A DNA stretch of 11,586 nucleotides from Acidimicrobiia bacterium. Lineage in GTDB: Bacteria; Actinomycetota; Acidimicrobiia; Spongiisociales; Spongiisociaceae. The position numbers and the translations under genes are program-made. This document shows, one piece after another, positions 6,837 through 11,586 of this stretch (its first letter is position 1; each line of letters begins with the position of its first letter). Under the pieces are notes generated by a model. It ran no database searches. It was given only the letters and a program-made list of their open reading frames with translations, and was not told where the DNA came from. The stretch is from NCBI GenBank assembly GCA_041576165.1, contig JBFGLM010000090.1, forward strand, positions 1 to 11,586, read 5' to 3'.

Positions 6837-7895
6837 TCAGCCGGCGACCGCGTTGTCGTCGATACGGATGCTCTCCACCATGGCATCGCAGTGGGAAGCG
6901 GTGAAGACGCCGGCGCCACCGAGCACTCCGAGCCACTTGTCGAGGACGATGGCCTCGGCCGCATCGACGACCCGGCTCAGATAGACCTCGAACAGCTCCC
7001 ACTGGTTGAGGAAGGAGGGATCGTTGGGATCGAGGAATCCGATGTCGCCGATGACACCGAAGAAGTCGGTCGTGGCCAGCGCTTCGAACGAGGCTGCTCG
7101 CACGTCGGCGATGTACTCCTTGGCTATCTCGACGTCCTCCCTAGTGCCGAGGCGGGTGAGGTGCCCGCCAACGAAGGTCTCGAAGGGCAGGGCGAGCGCG
7201 GCGTCGTGAACGGACACGTAGCCGGGTACGTCCTGGGCAAGGGCCAAGCTCTTGAACGGCACCCAGCCGGGGAAGATCACGTCGACCAGCATCAGCGTCT
7301 TCTGGTGCGGCGCCCAGATGAAGATGTTGCCGGGCTCGTGGTTGGGTCCGGGATAGAGCAGCTCGAGGCGCTGGCTCCCGAAATTCAGCACTAGGCGCTT
7401 CTTGAAGGTCTGTTTTGGTACCGGCCGCCGGTTGGGATCGTCGCGGCGTGCCAGCGTGGCGGCCGCATCGCGATGGGCGATGAAGCGGGCGTCGGGGAAC
7501 AACACACCGGCCACCCCAACGTGATCACCGTGAGTGTGGCTGTAGATGAAGTGGGTCACTGGCTTGGAGGTGACCTCGGCGATAGCAGCGGGTAGTGCCG
7601 CCGCCAACGTCGGCGGCGCATCGACCACTACCACTCCGCGGTGGGTCTCCATGAACAACGCAATGTACGTTCCCTCTGTAACCCAGTACAGCCCGCCTGC
7701 GATCTCCTCGACGAGATAGCCCTTGTCCGGAATGGGCGGTCCAAACGCAGTGGGAGGGAGCGGCACGACATCGGGAGGGCAGTCGGCTGTGGAGGCCAAT
7801 GCAGCCTGCGGCGCATGAAGCATCGCAGCGGCGATGGCCAGCCCACTCGATCCCAGTAGTTGACGGCGGGTGATCCCCCGGTCCGGTGTATCCAC
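6837..7895 (-). CDS. Tat-exported metallo-beta-lactamase-fold hydrolase (352 aa)
   Basis: GTG at 7895 with AAAGGAG 6 nt upstream. Twin-arginine signal ITRRQLL...AALA. Metal motifs VVVVD, HTHGDH, NH, LVD and GGH. Confidence 0.9.
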   Translation of the reverse strand: MDTPDRGITRRQLLGSSGLAIAAAMLHAPQAALASTADCPPDVVPLPPTAFGPPIPDKGYLVEEIAGGLYWVTEGTYIALFMETHRGVVVVDAPPTLAAALPAAIAEVTSKPVTHFIYSHTHGDHVGVAGVLFPDARFIAHRDAAATLARRDDPNRRPVPKQTFKKRLVLNFGSQRLELLYPGPNHEPGNIFIWAPHQKTLMLVDVIFPGWVPFKSLALAQDVPGYVSVHDAALALPFETFVGGHLTRLGTREDVEIAKEYIADVRAASFEALATTDFFGVIGDIGFLDPNDPSFLNQWELFEVYLSRVVDAAEAIVLDKWLGVLGGAGVFTASHCDAMVESIRIDDNAVAG

Positions 7896-8037
7896 GGTCG
7901 GCTCCTTTCCGTGTCCAACTTCCCCCTCCACCGAAGTTACACCTCGATTTCGCCCGGTGGTGGGGGTTGCGGACCCGAATCCACCCCTGTCGGCAGCCGA
8001 CGCCACAGATGTCCGCCCGGCCCGACCGAAACTCCAA

Positions 8038-8913
8038 TCAGAGCTCGGCGACTCTCGGCACGACCTCGGTGGCCAGGCGCTCCGTGAGGCCGACCGGGTC
8101 GGGGCCGAGAGGCATGATGTACGTCCCCTCGATCCCGGCGCCGGCCAGGGCGGCGAGCTCGTCGGCGAGTGCGTCGAAGTCGCCGCTCATGTGACTCATT
8201 CCCGTATACAGGATCGTCTTGGTGATGCGGTCGTAGTCGGTGCCTTCGTTCTCACAGTGGCGGCGCAGCACTTCCAGCTTGTGGGTGGCCTCCTCGGGCG
8301 TGTTCACGAATAGGTTGCAGGCGTCGGCGTATTTGGCTACCAGCCGCAAGGTCTTCTTCTCGCCGCTGCCGCCGATCATGATCGGCGGGTGGGGTTGGCT
8401 GATGGGCGGCGGCGAGTTGAGTGTCTCGGACAGCTCGAAGTGGGAGCCCGTGTAGCCGCTCGTGTCGCTGTTCCACATCTGCAGGCAGATCTGTAGCGTC
8501 TCTTCGAGCTGCTCGAACCGGTCCGACGTCGACGGAAACGGCACCCCCAGCCCGTCGTGCTCCCGCTGATACCAAGCGGCGCCGATGCCAAGCATGCCCC
8601 TGCCACCCGACAGCACGTCGAGGGTGGTGACGGTCTTGGCCAGAATGCCCGGGTAGCGGTAGGTGACGCCGGTGACCAGCAGGCCGAGCTTCACTCGCTC
8701 GGTGACGCCGGCCAGAAAGCCGAGCGCGGTGTAGCCCTCCAGCATCGGCTCTGCGGCGTCGAAGTACTGGTCCATTTGGAAGAAGTGGTCCATCACCGAA
8801 AGCCAGGCGAAGCCGCCCTCGTCTGCGGCGGCGGCGACCTCTTTGAGCGTCTCGCCCGTGCGCTGGGGGGAGTCGGGCCAAGTGAAGCTGGCGACGTGAA
8901 TGCCGAGATCCAT
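8038..8913 (-). CDS. LLM-class, probably F420-dependent, oxidoreductase (Rv1855c-like, 291 aa)
   Basis: AAAGGA RBS before MDLGIHV. Motifs SVMDHFFQ, MLEGYTALGFLAG, LVTGVTYRYPG, TLDVLSGGR, LGIGAAW and IMIGGSGEKKTLRLVAKYADACN. Confidence 0.9.
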   Translation of the reverse strand: MDLGIHVASFTWPDSPQRTGETLKEVAAAADEGGFAWLSVMDHFFQMDQYFDAAEPMLEGYTALGFLAGVTERVKLGLLVTGVTYRYPGILAKTVTTLDVLSGGRGMLGIGAAWYQREHDGLGVPFPSTSDRFEQLEETLQICLQMWNSDTSGYTGSHFELSETLNSPPPISQPHPPIMIGGSGEKKTLRLVAKYADACNLFVNTPEEATHKLEVLRRHCENEGTDYDRITKTILYTGMSHMSGDFDALADELAALAGAGIEGTYIMPLGPDPVGLTERLATEVVPRVAEL

Positions 8914-9069
8914 GCAGCGGGTCCTTTCTGCCGGCGTCCGAGAGCACCTTGACGATCGCAGGCGGCGGCAGTCGGTCAAAATCGGCGCTCAGGCGAAAGC
9001 CACCAAAGCCGTCGAGCCCTCACCTGGAGCAGGAGGCAACCGCCGCGGGCGCCCCGTGCTGAGCTCGGG

Positions 9070-9075
9070 TAGCGT
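9070..9075 (+). promoter_or_regulatory. Possible -10 box (TAGCGT) for the aminomethyltransferase
   Basis: TANNNT hexamer preceded by GG in the divergent intergenic region, about 50 nt before the ATG. Confidence 0.3.
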
Positions 9076-9123
9076 CACTCTTCTCCACGACCGCATCCAG
9101 GCATGCCGACACGGGAGCGAACC

Positions 9124-10323
9124 ATGACGTCACCGCGCATCGTCCACACCGACCAGTACGACATCGTACGGATGAGCGAGAAGCGCAAGGAGCAATCGCC
9201 GTTCATCGAACGGTGGCGATCTCCTGACGTCGTGTTCGCGGTGTATGCAAATCGGCTCTATCCGGTGAGCCTGGGCACCGATCCGATTGCCGACTACTGG
9301 AAGCTGCGCACGGGCGTCGCGCTCTACGACGTTCCCGAACGGCCGGTATCGATCCAGGGCCCGGATGCTGTTCGATTGCTCGAGCGAGTCCTCACCCGAC
9401 CGGTGGCGTCGATTCGCCGGTGGCGAGGCGTCTACGGACTGGCGTGCCTACCCGGTGGTGGATTGCTGATGGACGGCGTGCTCTTCAGGCTGGCCGACGA
9501 TCACTTCTGGTACGTGCAAGCCGATGGCGACATCGAGAACTGGCTGACGGCCCACGGCGTCGACATGGAGGTGACAGTATCGGATCCAGGCTCCCGCGTG
9601 CTCCAGATCCAAGGACCCAAGTCTCATGAGGTTCTGGCGGCCGCCTCGGGGGCAGATCTGCCGGAGGACTTCCGCTACTTCTCGGTGCACATGTTCGACC
9701 TCGGTGGCCAGGAGCTATTGGTTTCGAACTCGGGTTGGACGGGCGAGCTTGGAATCGAGATCTACGGTCACGCCGGTGTGGATCACTTGGCGCTGTGGGA
9801 CCACCTCATGGCGTGTGGCGAGCCGTTCGGTATGACCATGGCGGCTGGCGACTCAATGGGGCCGCGTCGATTGGAGGCCGGCATTCTCGACAACCGTACC
9901 GATTTCGACCGCACGATGACGCCCTTTGCGGCGGGGCTCGGAGGCTTCGTCAACTTCGACAACCCGAACTTCATCGGCCGCGCCGCGCTGTTCGATGCAC
10001 CCCGCGACCAGCTGCTTTTCGGTATCCGTTGCCGCGGTGGTGTCCCCCTGGTCGGAGACGATCTCGTGGTCGACTCCGAGGTAGTCGGCCATGTAACGGT
10101 GGGGGACTGGTCGCCCACGCTAGAGGTCGGCATCGGGTACGCCCGCTTCAACGAGGCGGCGGGCGAGGGGTGGCTCGGCCAGACCGTGGTGGTGCGGGGC
10201 GCCGATGGTGAGTTCCCGGGCGAGGTGGTGGCCCTGCCGTTCTTCGATCGGGAGAAGCGGCTTCCCCGTGGCGGCCAGCCAGCCGAGGACGATCCTGTCC
10301 GGGTCAGGCCCGACACATCCTGA
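9124..10323 (+). CDS. GcvT-like aminomethyltransferase family protein (folate-dependent demethylase type, DmdA-like), 399 aa
   Basis: GGGAG RBS before ATG 9124. Motifs LYDV, IQGPDA, LQIQGPKS, SGWTGELGIEIY, RRLEAG, PFAAGLG, WSPTL and VVALPFFD. No gcvH/gcvP in the window. Confidence 0.88.
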   Translation: MTSPRIVHTDQYDIVRMSEKRKEQSPFIERWRSPDVVFAVYANRLYPVSLGTDPIADYWKLRTGVALYDVPERPVSIQGPDAVRLLERVLTRPVASIRRWRGVYGLACLPGGGLLMDGVLFRLADDHFWYVQADGDIENWLTAHGVDMEVTVSDPGSRVLQIQGPKSHEVLAAASGADLPEDFRYFSVHMFDLGGQELLVSNSGWTGELGIEIYGHAGVDHLALWDHLMACGEPFGMTMAAGDSMGPRRLEAGILDNRTDFDRTMTPFAAGLGGFVNFDNPNFIGRAALFDAPRDQLLFGIRCRGGVPLVGDDLVVDSEVVGHVTVGDWSPTLEVGIGYARFNEAAGEGWLGQTVVVRGADGEFPGEVVALPFFDREKRLPRGGQPAEDDPVRVRPDTS

Positions 10324-10330
10324 TCGGAGC

Positions 10331-11586
10331 TCACTGGGGGCTGGGCTCGGCTCCGCCGCTAGCGCTGTGATCCGCCTCTGCCATGCCACGGTTCCAATCG
10401 CGGAAACGGGGAAGCGATCGTCCGATGATCAATGCCCCGCCCGCAGCCACCAGGCCGCCGGTCCAGGCGGCGACTCTGGGGCCGAACCCGGCCGCCACGA
10501 CACCCGCCTCGGCGTCACCGAGGCGAGGTCCACCCGCAACCACCGCGATCTGAACCGCCGACAACCTCCCGCGCAGCCGGTCGGGCGTCGACAGCTGGAG
10601 GATCGTGTGCCGGAACACTGCAGATATGGCGTCGCCTCCACCGGCTACGCCGAGCAGCAGTAACGCCAACCAGAGGTGCGACGTGAGCCCAAACGCCATC
10701 ACGCCGATTCCCAAGGTGAACACGGCCGCGATCGTTGCGCGGCCGGGCCGGTCGATGCGTCGCACCCATCCCGAGGTGAGGCTGGCGAGCATTGCTCCCG
10801 CTCCCGGAGCGGCGAACAGATAGCCTACGGTGGCTTCGTCGCCCCCGAAGACTTCGAGCCCCATCTCGGGAAAGAGCGCCCGGGGCATGCCGAAGATCAT
10901 TGCATTGATGTCTATCAGGAAGACTCCTTGGACTTCCTGCTTGGACTTGATGAAACGCAGACCTTCGGTGATGGAGCGAAGGCCGGGCCGGGTCTTGTCG
11001 GGTGGCGGCGGGAGCGGGGCCATGGCCAGCACTGCCAGCAACCCCAGCCCAAACGTCGCCGTATCGACCCAGAAGGCCGCGGCCAGGCTCACCTGAGAGA
11101 TCAGGATGCCGGCAATCGCAGGACCCACTGCGCCGGCCGTCTGGAACACGAGCACGTTGAGCGCAAAGGCACTGGGCAGCAGCCCTGCTGGTACCAGCCG
11201 GGGAATCGCGGCGGACCTGGCGGGTGAATCGATCCCGGCGACGAACGCGTTGAGTGCGGTGAGGACGAAGACCGTAGCCACCGACGGGCTCGCCATCGAG
11301 GCGTTGACGGCGAGCCCGGTGGTGGTGGCGGCGAAGGCGAGCTGGGCTGCGATCAGGATGCGGCGCCGATCCTGCGAGTCGGCCAACAACCCGCCGACGA
11401 TCGAGCCGACAAAGAGCGCAGGGAACTGGACCAGACCTAGCAGGCCGACTGCCAGTGTGGATCCGGTGAGATCGAATACCTGGATCGGGGCCGCCACCAT
11501 CGTCAGTTGGCTCCCGATGCGGGATATGCCATGGCCCCCGAACAACCAGCGAAAGTCGGGCGACGCCCGCAATGGTGAGATGTCGA
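10331..11586 (-). CDS. MFS transporter, EntS/DHA3-like; 5' end outside window
   Basis: The frame stays open to the right edge (..DISPLRASPDFRWLF). Motifs LTGSTLAVGLLG, GGLLADSQDRRR, DINAMIFGMPRALFP, TPDRLRGR and GGPRLGD. Confidence 0.9.
   Translation of the reverse strand, partial: DISPLRASPDFRWLFGGHGISRIGSQLTMVAAPIQVFDLTGSTLAVGLLGLVQFPALFVGSIVGGLLADSQDRRRILIAAQLAFAATTTGLAVNASMASPSVATVFVLTALNAFVAGIDSPARSAAIPRLVPAGLLPSAFALNVLVFQTAGAVGPAIAGILISQVSLAAAFWVDTATFGLGLLAVLAMAPLPPPPDKTRPGLRSITEGLRFIKSKQEVQGVFLIDINAMIFGMPRALFPEMGLEVFGGDEATVGYLFAAPGAGAMLASLTSGWVRRIDRPGRATIAAVFTLGIGVMAFGLTSHLWLALLLLGVAGGGDAISAVFRHTILQLSTPDRLRGRLSAVQIAVVAGGPRLGDAEAGVVAAGFGPRVAAWTGGLVAAGGALIIGRSLPRFRDWNRGMAEADHSASGGAEPSPQ

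Noticed and set aside
8914-9123. Glycine or THF riboswitch ahead of the GcvT-like gene
   Set aside because: I saw no convincing aptamer consensus by eye. An Rfam scan would settle it.
3471-11227. Long antisense or alternate-frame ORFs (3471..4271 -, 5338..5994 +, 6594..7394 +, 8252..8947 -, 10676..11227 +)
   Set aside because: They overlap well-supported genes, have no recognisable motifs and are expected in high-GC DNA.
11570-11572. TTG at 11572 as the MFS start
   Set aside because: The frame remains open to the window edge (DISPLR), so the true start probably lies outside the window.

Overview
High-GC bacterial window, probably actinobacterial. This is an inference from an F420-type LLM gene, TANNNT -10 boxes and a likely leaderless start. 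It holds 11 protein-coding genes and no recognisable RNA genes, mobile elements or CRISPR. In order: a large secreted beta-propeller plus tandem Ig-like-repeat protein (minus strand, runs off the left edge, absent from the ORF track); a small secreted orphan; a YhhN lysoplasmalogenase; a DUF2905-type membrane protein; a secreted S1 protease; a class I SAM methyltransferase; an MFS transporter; a Tat-exported MBL-fold hydrolase; an F420-type LLM oxidoreductase; a GcvT/DmdA-like aminomethyltransferase; and a truncated EntS-like MFS. The standout is the methyltransferase. The ORF track splits it in two, but the halves are one frame interrupted by a single in-frame TGA (4919-4921) in the context SSDVLC-TGA-LPDK. 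A well-formed bacterial SECIS-like hairpin follows the TGA directly. This points to a 274-aa selenoprotein methyltransferase with a Cys-Sec dyad. By eye, Sec sits where phosphoethanolamine-type N-methyltransferases carry their catalytic His. No searches or folding programs were run, so family calls come from motif recognition.
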